A stretch of 64,000 nt of DNA from Octopus sinensis (Eukaryota): assembly GCF_006345805.1 (NCBI RefSeq), contig NC_043003.1, positions 67,642,001 to 67,706,000 on the forward strand. Reading direction: 5' to 3'. Each line of letters starts with the position of its first letter. Positions within the stretch are counted from its first letter, which is position 1. Under the pieces are notes generated by a model, which worked only from the letters and a program-made list of their open reading frames with translations, made no database searches and had not been told where the DNA came from. Positions 26,835-40,037 of this stretch are shown here, in pieces. A program made the translations under genes and the position numbers.

Positions 26835-27790
26835 CTTTTTTTTCTTCTTTCAAATTTGATTCCATTTCTTGCCGAGTGTCTTCCCGACTCCTAGGGCAAA
26901 GAAACTCATAGTATACATTGGTAGGCCATTAAACCAAACTCAATAGTTCGTTCATTTTTTTTCTTCTTTTTTTCTTATGTTAAATTAAAATACATGAGCA
27001 GCAACAGTTCTCACATCGACAATGCTCTTCTCAATACGTGTGATGTACCAGTTAAGACAATCTTTTGCACTTCTTGTAGGGATGGCAAGCCAGGGATCAT
27101 TTTCATATAATTTTCGGTTCCCTTCTTGATCATTCCTATGCTCCTACGATCACTGTATTGTAACCGCCTGAGATGCCACATTTTCTCAATTTCAATGAGT
27201 AGGTCTTTATATTTTCTGAGCTTGTCAAACTCTTTCGCTGAGATATTATGATCACAGGGGATGCTCATGTCGATCAATAAGCAAACTTTATTGTTTTGAT
27301 CTTTCACAACAATATCTGGTTTATTGGCCTTGATGGTTCGGTCTGTATGTACTGGAAAGTCCCACAGAATGGTTACATTTTCTCCTTCAGTTACAGCCTC
27401 AGGTTGGTGATTATACCACTTGTCGGCAGTTTTGATATTGTAATGCCGACTTATTACCTAGTGTAGATATTGGCCAACTCTGTCATGTCTTATTTATACT
27501 CCACTGGTGCTAGACTTTACATCCAGAGATTAGGTGGTCCACTGTTTCAATCATGTCGTTGCAGAATCGGCATTTTGGGTCTGCTCCATTTTCATCACAT
27601 TGGCCTGGTAGTTCCGGGTTAATAGGCTTTGATCTTGAGCAGCCAGGATGAAACCTTCGCTCTCTGCTTTTAGCCCTGAGCTCCGTAGCCACTGATGGGT
27701 TTGCTTCTGGTCAACATCAGCTTCTTTGCTGCGGGCCACATATTTGCCGTGCAGAGTTTTCTCCTCCCACCTATCAGCCAATTGCTCGTG
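26835..27790 (-). mobile_element. R4/Dong-clade LINE 3' fragment (CCHC finger + RLE)
   Basis: LHGKY, WLRSSGLKAESEGFILAAQDQ, CRFCNDMIETVDHLISGC, ILWDFPVHTDR, KPDIVV, IDMSIP, KLRKYKDL, EVQKIVLTGTSHVLRRAL. Confidence 0.92.
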
Positions 27791-27801
27791 CGCTTTTTTC
27801 G

Positions 27802-27869
<68 letters not shown>

Positions 27870-27882
<13 letters not shown>

Positions 27883-28585
27883 TAGTTTTATTTTTATAGC
27901 GTGCTTTCACTTCACTACCGAGCGCAGCTCTGTGTGCCTTGGGTATGTGCTGTGATTTGTTGTGATGATCTGATGGTTATTGTATGGAAAGTGTTCTGCG
28001 TAGGATGTGTGCAGTGCCTAGTAGTGCAATTTTCTGTATGTTATATGTGTTTGTAAGTCCTGGTGTTTTTGTTATGTTTTGTCTGAATATTTTTTTATCA
28101 TGCTGCCTAATGCACCTACTATGATAGGAATTGTTTCTGTTTTCAGATTCCACATTCTAGTTACCTCTATTTCCAGGTCTTTGTATTTTGAGAGTTTCTC
28201 CATTTCTTTTAGAGACACGTTGTCATCTGCCGGTATTGATACATCATTAGGAAGCATTTTTTTTCTTCATCGATCTCTGACAACTATATCTGTCTGTTGG
28301 CCTTATTTCTCTATCTGTGTGTATCGGCATATCCCAGAGTATGGTTGCTTTCTCGTTTTCTGTGACCTTTTCTGGTGTGTGCCTATTACCATCTTTTTCT
28401 GTTGTTATTCCATAATGTTGGCATAGCTTCCAATATATGTAGGTTCCACTCTGTCATGTCTGTGAATATATTCCTTCTTAGCCAGGACTGGGCAGCTAGA
28501 GATAATATGATTTATTGTTTCTTGTCCATCTCCACATATTCTGCAGTTACTTGTAATATTTCTTTTCATTACATGTTTTTGGTCC
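27870..28585 (-). mobile_element. R4/Dong-clade LINE 3' fragment, second subfamily
   Basis: NCRICGDGQETINHIISSCPVLA, ILWDMP, DVSIPADDNVSLKEMEKLSKYKDL; (AAT)n tail; near-identical to 59674-60162. Confidence 0.92.
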
Positions 28586-28592
28586 CCTACGC

Positions 28593-28623
<31 letters not shown>

Positions 28624-28664
28624 TATTATTATATTATTATTATTATTATTATTATTATCATTAT

Positions 28665-28880
28665 TACTTTCTCTTGTCACAAGTTTTATTGGAGCTCCTG
28701 GAGTCTTACATGCGTAGGGGACTTCCTACCTGCAGCCTACTGTACTATGTTATTCGTTATTTTCAGCTCTAATACTTTGCTGATTATTCTGGCTGTGCCA
28801 AGGAGACAAATCTTTTGTAACATTTGCAGAAACGCTTCCAGCAAATTGAAGCAGGCGAATACACTCCTGTCCTTTGAATT
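28665..28880 (-). mobile_element. R4/Dong-clade LINE extreme 3' end
   Basis: LQKICLLGTARIISKVL followed by a short UTR and (AAT)n. Confidence 0.75.
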
Positions 28881-29355
28881 GAATGTCAAAAAACTTATGT
28901 ACATACATTTCACTCACTTTCTGCTAGCGAACATCTTGTGTATTGTGTTATGTTCACATGCTAATTGTATAGCAATTACACCTATAGACTTGCTGGTACT
29001 CCAAATTAATATAAATTTCGCTCGCAAGTGTATCATACGTCAAAACCACATTATTCAAAATAGCAATAAATGCTATTGTAGCATTTATGCGTGTTCAGGG
29101 TCAGACGAGCTGCGCTCAAACATCATAGGCATGGTGTGAGTTATTTTAACATTAGAACTAACAATGTGAGTAAAGGTAGTAAATCTGATGCTTTAAAAAT
29201 CTACAAAGCACAAGCTATGAAAACACACATACACGCATATGAATCTATGTATATGTATGTATGTATGTATGTATGTATATATATATGTATGTATATGCAT
29301 GCACTCACAGACACAGGCACACACATACACACATATATATGTATATATATATATG

Positions 29356-29426
<71 letters not shown>

Positions 29427-29476
29427 ATACATATATATATATATTATATATATATATATATAGGTGTGTGTGGGTG

Positions 29477-29508
<32 letters not shown>

Positions 29509-29514
29509 TATATA

Positions 29515-32500
29515 AACTTAGATAAACTTAGATATGTTTCGACCAAAGATTGGTCCAGGCCATGTCTAACTTAATAGCACCACCTGATAGGATTATTCGA
29601 ATCCTGTTTAAGTCAAGTTTTGTGTATGGTCCATTCAAGTAGTAAGTTCTTGTTGGGTGAGTTGTATCCAATTATGGGTGGCTTATCTGGTATTCTTTGA
29701 AGGAATCTATCTAGACTCCGTTTAAAGTTGATGGGATCATTTTCCTCTTTGATCTCTTTCGGGACAATGTTAAATAGGGCAGGGCCTGTTGAGGAAAGAA
29801 ATTATGTTGCACTGTACATGTATGCTGTGATCTTGAATTGGGCAGGGGACATATGACCCGTGGTCCCAGTCTTAGATGAACCTTGAAGCTAATGTTCAGG
29901 TCGTTTCGGCAAAGTTGGCGGTATATTCTCCACATCGTACACGGCGACGCTGGAGAGAGTAAAGTTTCAAGGTTTTAAGGCGATCCCAATAATCGAGAGC
30001 AGCCATGCCTTCAATTCGTTTAGTGAGTGCCCTCTGAGGTGACTCAATCCTCGAGATGTTTTGTCTTGTATGGGGAGACCACAGTGGGCAGCAGTATTCG
30101 AGGTGTGGCCGTACAAAGGAGGAGAAAAGTGGTATGATGACACCTTGTTCTCTGGACAGGAAAGTTCTTAAGATCCAGGAACTCATCCTACGAGCTATAT
30201 CGACCTTCTTGGTGATGTGTGCACTCCAACTGAGATCGTCATCAACAATTACACCCAGGTCTCTGATATTGTTAGAGGCTGTGAGCGGTTCCCCTGAAGG
30301 AAGCGAGTATGGCTGTTTTAGTGAGGAATTTCTTCCAAAATGGATCAGCTCAAATTTTTCCGTCGTTCAGTTGCATTTTGTTTCTGTCAGCCCATTGACC
30401 CACAACATATAGATCAGACTGGAGTTGAGTTCGGTCTGCTTCTTCATTGACGATTTACTGTAGCTTAGTGTCATCAGCAAATATTTTCACTTTGCAGTAA
30501 TGTACGACACTGGAAAGGTCTTTATGTAAATTATGAAGAGTAGCGGACCCAAGACAGTCCCTTGGGGGACACCGCTGGTGACTTTTGCTGGGCTTGAGTG
30601 GACTCCATCAACTACAACATGTTGTGTTCTATTAGCCAGGAAATACTTAATCCAGTGTAGAACTTTTCCACGGATTCCAACATTTGCCAATTTTGAGAGT
30701 AGGATATTATGGTCTACCCTGTCGAACGCTTTACTGAAATCAAGATATATGACGTCAGAGTTCGCACCTGTTCCGAAGGCTTTGAGTACATCTTCAATGT
30801 GGTGTAAGAGCTGTGTTAGACAGTCCCTGCCACAGCGAAAGCCATGCTGATTTGCATTTAGGAGTTTGTGGGTCTCCAGGAAGTCAGCTATCCTTGATCT
30901 TAACACTCTTTCAAACACTTTAATGATGTGGGAGGTGAGTGAGATTGGGCGATAGTTGAGTGCGAGGGATGTTTCCCTGTTTGAAAACCGGGATGACTGA
31001 CTGGGATAGAAACTGTTTCGGTATATAACCTGCGTCTAACGAATTTCTCCAGAGGTTGGTCAGAGGGACTGCAAGTTGGTATCTACATTCCTTCATGAGA
31101 CTAGCGGGGAATCTATCAGGGCCTACAGCAGAATAGTATTTGACCTCATTTATTGCTGCTACGATGTCAGTGGCAGTGAAGGTTATGTCTGAGATTTTGT
31201 GTTGGAAGTCAACTTCGTTCGCTTCTCTTACGTCAATATCAGTGGGAACACTAAAGACAGAGCAGTATTGTTTATTCAGTATTTCTGCCATTTCTGTAGC
31301 ATCGTGTTGGGGAATGTCGTTATCATCAATCAATGGCCCAATGGGTGAGACAGTGGTTCTATGCTTATTTGCATAAGAATAGAACACTTTTGGGTTCTGT
31401 TTGATGTTTTTGATTACCCACTGTTCCTCCACAGCTCTTTGATTTTCAATGGAGGTTTTCATGTCGGTCTGCAGATGAAGTTTTTCCAGCTCTAGCCTTT
31501 TTATTGTTGTTGAATGTGGATGTTGTGTGTGGGAATATTTTAATTGGTTGATTTTTTTGTTGAGTCTTTTGATGCGCCTGATGAGTGTTTTTTTCTTTTT
31601 AGGGAGCCGGTTTCTGTTTGTGTTAGTAGATTTCGTGGGAGCGTGTTTAGAGCATGTATAGGTGACAATGTTTTCATGCGGTCTCAATATAGGTGGAATT
31701 GAGAGTAAAAGACCAGTCGATGAAAGACAGATCCTTTCTGATTGCTCCCCAGTCCGCTTTGTGAAAGTTTATGTTATCAAATGGGTGCCATGGAGTGGGA
31801 TTGGCTGGTTTGTTTTTTATATGTCGGGAATTACGATTGCATAATACCATGTCGTAGTCTGAGAGGAGAGTTTTTTCAACTGAAATAATGTGAACGAAGC
31901 TAGAGTGATTGGTCAATACCAGATCCAAGATCGTTTTATTCTGTCTCGTTGGTTCGAGCACTAGCTGAGTCAGAAAGTATTCATCCATTAGATTAAAGAG
32001 CAGTTCTGCTGCTGCTCTATCTGATGTAGAGCATTTGCCTAACTTCAGAGTATTTGTGGGCCAGTTCACATGAGGGAGGTTAAAATCACCCATCACTAGT
32101 ATGTTTCCGGAGTGGTACTTCCGAAGGATGGACTTGACTTTGCTAAGGCTCTCTTCAAAGCACTTTAGACGTGCTTGGGGAGGCCTGTAAAGACCATCAA
32201 TGATTATGTCCTTGGCCTTGCTGAATAGGGATATCGATTCATAGTAGCCATTGGAAAATATGTCCTTGGCATCAAGTGAAAAGGAGTCATGGATAAAGAT
32301 GGCTGTCCCTCCCTCATTTCGGTCTGTGCGATCCGCACGAACAATGGTGAAATCTTTTATTTTCATCTCCGCGTCCATATGGGTGTTGTTCAGGTGAGTC
32401 TCGGTAAGGATAAAGAAAGGGAAGCAATGTGCCGTTTCGGCAAGCCAACTCTCTATATATGGGATCTTCCATTTTGGGGCAATAATTGATGGGTTGATGC

Positions 32501-33565
32501 CACGTACATTTAACAGGAATGTCGAGGTAAGGGAAGTTTGATGTTTGCATTGTTCTAAGTTATGTTTTATGTTGTTCAGTGGTAACAATGTGGGTAGTTC
32601 TTGTATGGAGCTGTGTGTGTATGGTTTTCTTGTTGGTAGTGGGTGTGTGGTCCTTGTGATTTGCATAGGTGGTTGCTGATAGCTCGTTGGATCTCCTGGC
32701 TTAGGTCGGCCTTCATATTTTCTAGGTAATTCAGTAAAAAAGAGTTACCTCTTTGGTTTGTCACTTGGTCAGAGGATACATATTTCATGTTGGTGTTATT
32801 TGGTGTTATGGTTTTTTTCATGGTTCTGTCTACGTTGTTTGATTGTAGGAGGGCAAACGTGGTTGTATTTTGTTCTTCTTGTTGTCGTAGATTTCTTCTG
32901 TTGCTGTTTATATTGATTTTGTGATCGTTTTGTGTCCTTCAGATGGTGGTGGTTCCATTCTGGGTTCAGGCACATCCTGTGTGACATAGAAGTTTGGCCC
33001 AGTTTAGGATGGAAGAAGGTGCATCCATTGCCTTTTGTGCATCCATATTTGGGATCAGGACCATGGACTCTGTATTTAGGACAGTATTTGGGGTGGAGGT
33101 GAGGGCAGTTTTTTCCCGTTATACCATATGGACAGGTGCCCTTAACAAGTCTACGACATAAGGTAAGATAGGAAAAAGCACAGTGTCCATTGTTGTTGGT
33201 GCCGCTGGGGCCAAATCTGCAGCTGCCTTGAGAATAGTAACGACAGGGTGTTTTATGTAGGTGTAGTAGTGGTTTTTCTATTCTGGCTGTAGTAGCAGTA
33301 GAAGAGTGTTGTTGTTGTTGTTGTTGCTGTAGCAGCAGTGAAACTTGACTTGGGTCGTTAGGTACTGGTTCCAATGTAGTGGCAGAAGCAGGCTGTTGTT
33401 TTTGTGGTAGTGGGTTCTGGCTTGCCAGAATGGGCGGAATTAGGTCAGATGTTTGTTGCTGGCTATCGGGTCGTTGAAGTGACCCCTGACCTGTTGGTGT
33501 TGGGTCATTTGGTACACTGCATTCATTGGCAAGAATGGCTTCTAGTGTTGCCATGTGCGTGTGGA
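29515..33565 (-). mobile_element. near full-length CR1-group LINE (ORF1 with CCCH array; ORF2 APE+RT), frameshifted
   Basis: APE: LTETHL, RADR..GGTAIF, YRPP, GDFNLP, ILDLVLTN. RT: NQHGFR, YLDFSKAFDRV, GVPQGTVLGPLLF, FADD, RPHLEYCCPLWSP. C-terminus FKRSLDRFLQRIPDKP; (CTAAGTTTAT) tail repeat. Confidence 0.93.
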
Positions 33566-33760
33566 AAATAGGAAATATTCTTTCAATCTCTTTTATTTTA
33601 TTTTCGATCTGTTTTACAGATCTTTGAAAGGATTGTTTCGCTAAGTTTTCAGCTATTTTACTGTAAACATTAGCTTCGTTGTGGTGAGTGAACCAAGCGT
33701 TTATCATTGCAGTAATTTCATTTTCAACCCAGTGGCATTTTTTAATATTATTGGCCATAT
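33560..33760 (-). other. Myb/SANT-like (trihelix-type) domain-coding segment in frame with LINE ORF1
   Basis: HWVENEITAMINAW...VYSKIAENLAKQSFQRSVKQIENKIKEI fits W...E...LI..W...V...IA..L....RT..Q...K.K.L. Confidence 0.6.
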
Positions 33761-33858
33761 TCAGTGGGACAGTATTATACACTGTACGCCAGTTATTGAT
33801 GTCTTGATGTAAAATAGTGAATACACCGTTGAAAAGTTTGTGTCGATATATTCGGAAA

Positions 33859-33900
<42 letters not shown>

Positions 33901-34246
33901 CGTGCATTTAGTGACACGCATGGATATAGATGTGTATGTTTTATTTTCGGAATGCATTTATTACTTCCATAAATTTCAGATGGATTCTATTTAGGAATAA
34001 AAATATATTTCAAGAAATATTTAAATTGCATTTACTCCGCTTGCAAATTCAACAGGAAAACTAATGGTATTATGGCGTGCTCGAAAATAACCGCGAATAT
34101 AATTTGAAATGTATAAGTTTTTATGCCAATAATTATAAGCATGCTCATTTTCATCATTCATAATACTTATGTATATATATTCAGTTTAGATTTGTAACGT
34201 TAGATTAATCAATTACAATTTTCAGTATCCATGTATTCATACATAC

Positions 34247-34354
<108 letters not shown>

Positions 34355-34731
34355 CACACACATAATTGTCAGAATCTCTTTGCATTGAGTTCAACAAAGT
34401 AAAATAGTACGTGGCCGACCACAGGAGACGTGGCGGAGAACAATAATAAAAGGAACATAAAATCAGAACGTTAACAATGAAACAAATTTTCAAGGATGCT
34501 TTAAGTGTTAGAGGTACAGACTTTTGTAGAGTTATACTGTAGAAGATACTTCGTTTGGTAGACCCTATTTTAGGTAATATACGCGAAGTAATAACAAGGG
34601 CAAATTCATAGTTTTCGCTGGTACGCCTCTAATTTAATTAAATAACAAAGAACTTAAAGTAAAGTCGTACCTGCAAAACGACGCGTTTTCCCTTGTTATT
34701 TACATCCATTTTCTTCTGGTATATATATATA

Positions 34732-35900
34732 AATCCTTAAAATCCTTAAAAGTGTTTTAGCCCGAAGGCCGCGGCAATGCTGGGGTACCACCGCTGAATG
34801 AGCTACACTAATATGTGAATCCACCTCTGATACGTGGCACTTGATCAACAAGGGAGTTCGATGCCGCTGCCCGCATCTGTGTCTCCTGTCGTGAGGTAGG
34901 TTCATCTGGGACTCCCGACAAGAAGAGATCCAGTTTAGTTTTAAAGAAACCCACATCCACACCATGTAAGTCTCTCAGTCATTTAGGGAGGATGTTAATG
35001 AGCTGTGGTCCTCTGAAACTCAAGCTGTGGCAGTATCTGGACCTGTATTTCGATGGTGATGTTGGAATCTTTGGCACCATGCAGTGGCGCCCCGTTCTGC
35101 GGTTGGGGTAACTTTGAATGCCAAAGTTTGGGACAAGAACCTCTTGGATTTTCCAGATGATACAATTTGAGTGTCACTCACTGAGTTTGAATATAACAAC
35201 AGGATCTGGGGCGTGAAGTCATATCGGATGTACATTGCAACTCCACCATGGCTCCTCCCTTTTCTATCTGAGCGTAATACTGCATATTGCGGCATGTGTA
35301 TTTCTGCATCCCCTATATCTGGTCCAAGATGCGTTTCTGTGAGTGCCATGCATATAGCTTGATTGCATGTCACAAGGTCTCTCAGGAATCAGATTTTCCT
35401 TTTACAGTTGCCGCGCAGTAGCCCTCCTACGTTCAGTAGAAATATTTTTGTGGTGTGTGTGTTGGTGTCTGTGGTGGCCATCCTGCATCTGTTGGTGGTG
35501 GCCTTATGTGGTGGTAGTTCCAGCTTTGTCCTTGTAGCCAGGTCAGCTGCTGAACAATTTTTTGTGCCATGCACAAAAAAGATTGCTGTTCAGCTGCTGC
35601 CCTTCTCACATCTGGGTGAAGCTGGCCATTTGTTGGGTTACCGCGCACTACATCCGCATATCGTCTTTCAGGAGTGGTCAGTGCGCTATTTTTCCTTCTT
35701 TATATTTTTCTTTTTCTTTATCTATTTGTTCTCCCCGAGGGAGAGATTTTTGTCTCGTGTCCATGCGGTGTTGGTAGGGCTTCTGATGTGCAAAGCGACA
35801 GTTTGCACCTTCGACGCCGTGCCAGCAGTCTCCCTTCAGGTAGAATTTGCAGATGTTTCTGCCTTTGCTCTTATAGTTCTTAGTCATATATCTAACTGTA
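34732..35900 (-). mobile_element. internally deleted CR1-group LINE (CCCH ORF1 + APE start fused to ORF2 C-terminus)
   Basis: CKFYLKGDCWHGVEGANCRFAH; LTETHL, RSDRKGRSHGGVAMY; then directly WKIQEVLVPN...RGPQLINILP...FKTKLDLFLSGVPDEP...AAASNSLVDQ; (AAGGATTTT) tail. Confidence 0.85.
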
Positions 35901-36269
35901 CACCATACAAGATATACACATATATATATATATGCGTGAACACTCACACACATACATATAGACATATTTATGTGTGGGTCTTTGTGCTTTGTTTTAGCCA
36001 CACGCCACAGCTTGGCAGCCGTTGTTCGTTTCATTACGTTTGCGTAACCTAGCATGGCGGCAAAGCGTTCAACCATGTAAGCATGAAAGTATTTATGATC
36101 TAAACCCTTTTTTCTGTAGATACCTGATGCTACAACGATGCCAAATAGTGCTCCTTTTCATGACATGTCGCTACTAGTTATTAGTAAACTGACATCTGCC
36201 TGTTCCTCGAAGAGTAAGATGTCAATATGTCAAGAAAGAACCAATGCATTTATTTATAAGAAGTGTGAT

Positions 36270-36487
36270 TATTACTACTTTCTGCTATAGGAACAAGGCC
36301 TGAAATTTGGGGGAGGATGTTAGTCGATTAGATCGACCCAAGGGTTTTGCTGGTACTTAATTTATCGACCCCAAAAGGATGAAAGCTGTGTCGACATCGG
36401 TGGAAATTCAACTCAGAACGTAGCGATGGGTGAAATATGCTTAGCATTTCGTCCAGCGTGCTAACGATTCTGCCTGCTCGCCGTCTT
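36270..36487 (-). mobile_element. tRNA-derived SINE family B (tail type Y)
   Basis: Reverse complement: ggcagaatcgttagcacgctggacgaaatgc...ttctgagttgaatttcc...aggccttgttcctatagcagaaagtag. Confidence 0.85.
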
Positions 36488-37911
36488 AAGTGTAGTAATG
36501 CATGGACGATTTCACAACTCTAACGTCACATCTTCCTAGTGGGCCTATCAAGTTCTTCGGGTCAAATTTAAGGTATCATGGTTCAATATTATACTGTACT
36601 GTGGAATATATCCATCATATATTTTAGCCAGTATTATGTGTCTAATCAGATATAACATCAATTTTCATATGCTGTAAATATTCTTTGGGTCAATATTCGG
36701 GATGACCGAAAAAGTTTCCATCCGTTAACTTAAATTTCTTAACACATTAGAGAAGATTATCTCTTTTACACACACTTTCCAGCAGCATGTCACTATGTCT
36801 GCATTTGTCTGAGCATAGAATGCGCATAGGAGATCTAGAAATCTAGAAATATATTTGTATTCAGAGTGCACACAGTCCTGTAATTGGTTGCGCACACTCG
36901 GCTCTAGTGCACGTATATATATAGAGTGATAGATATATATGTGTGTTTGTATGTGATGTTTATATATGTGTATGTGTGTTGTTGGAAAGCCAGTCGTATG
37001 TGTGTGTATTTATATATCCACGCATATATGTGGATTTTATTGTCATCAGTCGTTGCGCGCATGAATGTCTATACCGGTCGGTGTGAATATTTCAACAAGC
37101 ATGGTTATTTTAATGAACACTTCTCTACAAACTTACTCCTTTGTTAACCGATTCTACGATATTTGTTAATCGAAAAGTCTACTTAGCGTCACTGATTGCA
37201 ACTGTCTCTTGAAACACTAAATCAAACAAACAACTTGATTTAACACGACTTGTAATTTTTAAAAACATTTCCAACAATCCAAAGAGGAGTCAATATTTCT
37301 GTCTGCAAAGTAGGAGGTTATCTCCCACGAAGTCTAGTCTGTAAGCCTTGTATTGAATCTAGTTGAAGTGAATTCACTTTACAAATGACTCTAATGTTGT
37401 TACGAAAAATCATTGGCTTTAACGTTCAATTTCCCCTTCTTTATCAAGACTAGTCTTTATTTCTACGTAAGGAGTCAATAAACGTGTCTGTTTGTCACCT
37501 TGTTTATGAACATTCATCCATTTATTCATTAAAATCCTGTACAAAACATTAATACAATAATCATACACACTACGGCTGTCCACAACACATTAAATACGCA
37601 GTTTATTATTTTCAAAAGCTTTAAAAAAAATCAATTTTAGAGATATAAAGCAGAAAAAATAAAAGGTATAAAAATATTATTCAACAAAATATGGAAAATA
37701 ACTCACTTCAACAGATTTCTAAAAGATATTTTTTTCAACTTTTACATTAGATAAAAGGGAAATTAGTAGGAACGAGAGTAAACAATTTTAGATGTGTGCG
37801 TTTAAATGTCCGTGTGTATGTGTACGATTGGGCATGTGTCCCGCTGTTCGCGAGAATAAGTGTCTAGACACACACACATATTAGTAACTAAACACAGCCA
37901 TTTATATCTAT

Positions 37912-37942
<31 letters not shown>

Positions 37943-38404
37943 CATAAACATATGTGCTTGTGTATATATATATATATATATGGATCTATGCATGTGTGAG
38001 CGCGTATTTGTGTTTGTGTATGAATATATTATGCATTATTTTGCATATAGATCTATATCTCAGCAGTTACAATGTTATTGGCGAAGTTAAGACTGGAAGT
38101 AAAATGGTAAAATAGTAACATTTTCCAAGAGATTAAATTCCCGGTGAATCTGTGTCTATAAGACTGGAAAATATTCATGCGCACAAATATTTAGAACTAA
38201 AACGCAATAAAATCAAGATATAAACCATACAGCAACAAATATTAAAGATGACACGAACACATATAGGTGTATATACACAGCCACATGAGAAAATATCTAC
38301 ATAACATTGCTTTGTAATAATACTTCGGATCACTGGAGTGTAGTCTTCAATGGTAATGTAGAGATAAGACTAAGGAATATTGTTCATGTTAATATAACGT
38401 CCTT

Positions 38405-38775
38405 CAGCTTTTGGTGGTAATCCGTCGGTGACGACGACGAGGGTTCCAGTTGATCCAATCAACAACCTGCTCGTGAAATTAACGTGCAAGTGGCTGAGCA
38501 TCCCACAGAGACGTGTGCTCTTAACGTAGTTCTCAAGGAGATTCAGTGTGATACAGAGTGTGACAAGACCGGCCCTTTGAAATACAGGTACAACAGAAAC
38601 AGGAAGAAAGTGTGAAAGTTGTGGTGAAAGAGTACAGCAGTGTTCGCCACCACCCCCTGTCGTAGCCACATAGAGCAGAGCTTTAGGCGTTTTCGATCAA
38701 TAAACACACACAATGCCCGGTCTGGGAATCGAAACCGCGAGTCGACTGCCCTAACCATTGGGCCATTACGCCTCC
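38405..38775 (-). mobile_element. tRNA-derived SINE family C
   Basis: Head ggcgtaatggcccaatggttagggcagtcgactcgcggtttcgattccc (A/B-box-like); 3' end actggaaccctcgtcgtcgtcaccgacgga. Confidence 0.75.
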
Positions 38776-38793
38776 ATATATACATATATATAC

Positions 38794-38843
<50 letters not shown>

Positions 38844-39218
38844 TACGTATGTATGTATATATATATACACACACACACACACACAGTTCTCAACTAATTC
38901 TCTAATATAATTATATCATGCAATCGCGTGAGTGATAAGAGTATTGGACGTTGTTATATATGTCGCTGGTTACAATGTGCTTTGCATCGTTTAACTTTCG
39001 AATGATTCCGCATCGCTAGCTAGGTAAATAGGCCAGCATCGAGCGTAGTTGGAAGGCTACTCCATCGCATGGTTATCCATTGACAGCCGAGAGAACTGGG
39101 GCGACACCATGCTCGAAGGCAATTCGCAGCCCATCTGTGAATTTAAACCATAGTCTCATGCCTAATATCTGGGCCACGCTTTAACGGGTTTCCACAAAGT
39201 AAAGTATGGTTTTGGAGA

Positions 39219-40037
39219 AATCCTTTCTACTCTAGGCACAAGGCCCGAAATTTTGAGGGAGGAGGCCAGTCGATTAGATCGACCCTAGTACGCAATGTCG
39301 ACCTAGGAGGGGAATAAACTCAGATCACAAAGACAAACGATATAACGCTAAGTATTTCGCCGACGTGCTAACGTTTCTGCCATCTCGCCTCCTTAATATG
39401 GTTTTCGAGAAATAAATAACCTTTTCTACTCTAGGCACAGGGCCGAAAATTTGGGGGGAAGTGGGGGCCGTCAATTATATCAACGCCAGTACACAACTGG
39501 TAATCAATTTATAGACCCCGAAAGGATGAAGGGCAAAGTCGGCCTCGGAGGAATTTGAATTCAGAACATAAAGACAGACGATATACCGCAAAGCATTTCG
39601 TCCGGCGTGCTAACGTTTCTTATTTCTTTATTGCCCGCAAGGGGCTAAACACAGAGGTGACAAACAAGGACAGACAAAGGGATTAAGTCGCTTATATTGA
39701 CCCCAGTGAGTGACAGGTACCTAATTTATCGTTCCCAAAAGGATGGAAGGCAAAGTCGACCTCGGCGGAATTAGAACTCAGAACGTAACGGCAGACGAAA
39801 TACCTATTTCTTTACTACCCACAAGGTGCGAAACACAGAAGGGACAAACAAGGACACACAAATGGATTAAGTCGATTACATCGACACCAGTGCGTAACTG
39901 GCACTTAATTCATCGACCCCGAAAGGATGAAAGGCAAAGTCGACCTCGGCGGAATTTGAACTCAGAACATAACGGCAGACGAAATGCCGCCAAGCATTTC
40001 ACCCGGCGTGCTAATGATTCTGCCAGCTCGCCGCCTT
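39219..40037 (-). mobile_element. head-to-tail array of four family B SINE units
   Basis: Units 39219-39394, 39421-39620, 39621-39804, 39805-40037; two tail types. Confidence 0.9.

Noticed and set aside
29530-29560. gacc-loop-ggtc-GAAAC at the LINE 3' end, resembling half a hammerhead
   Set aside because: No CUGANGA upstream; better explained as the LINE 3' recognition stem-loop.
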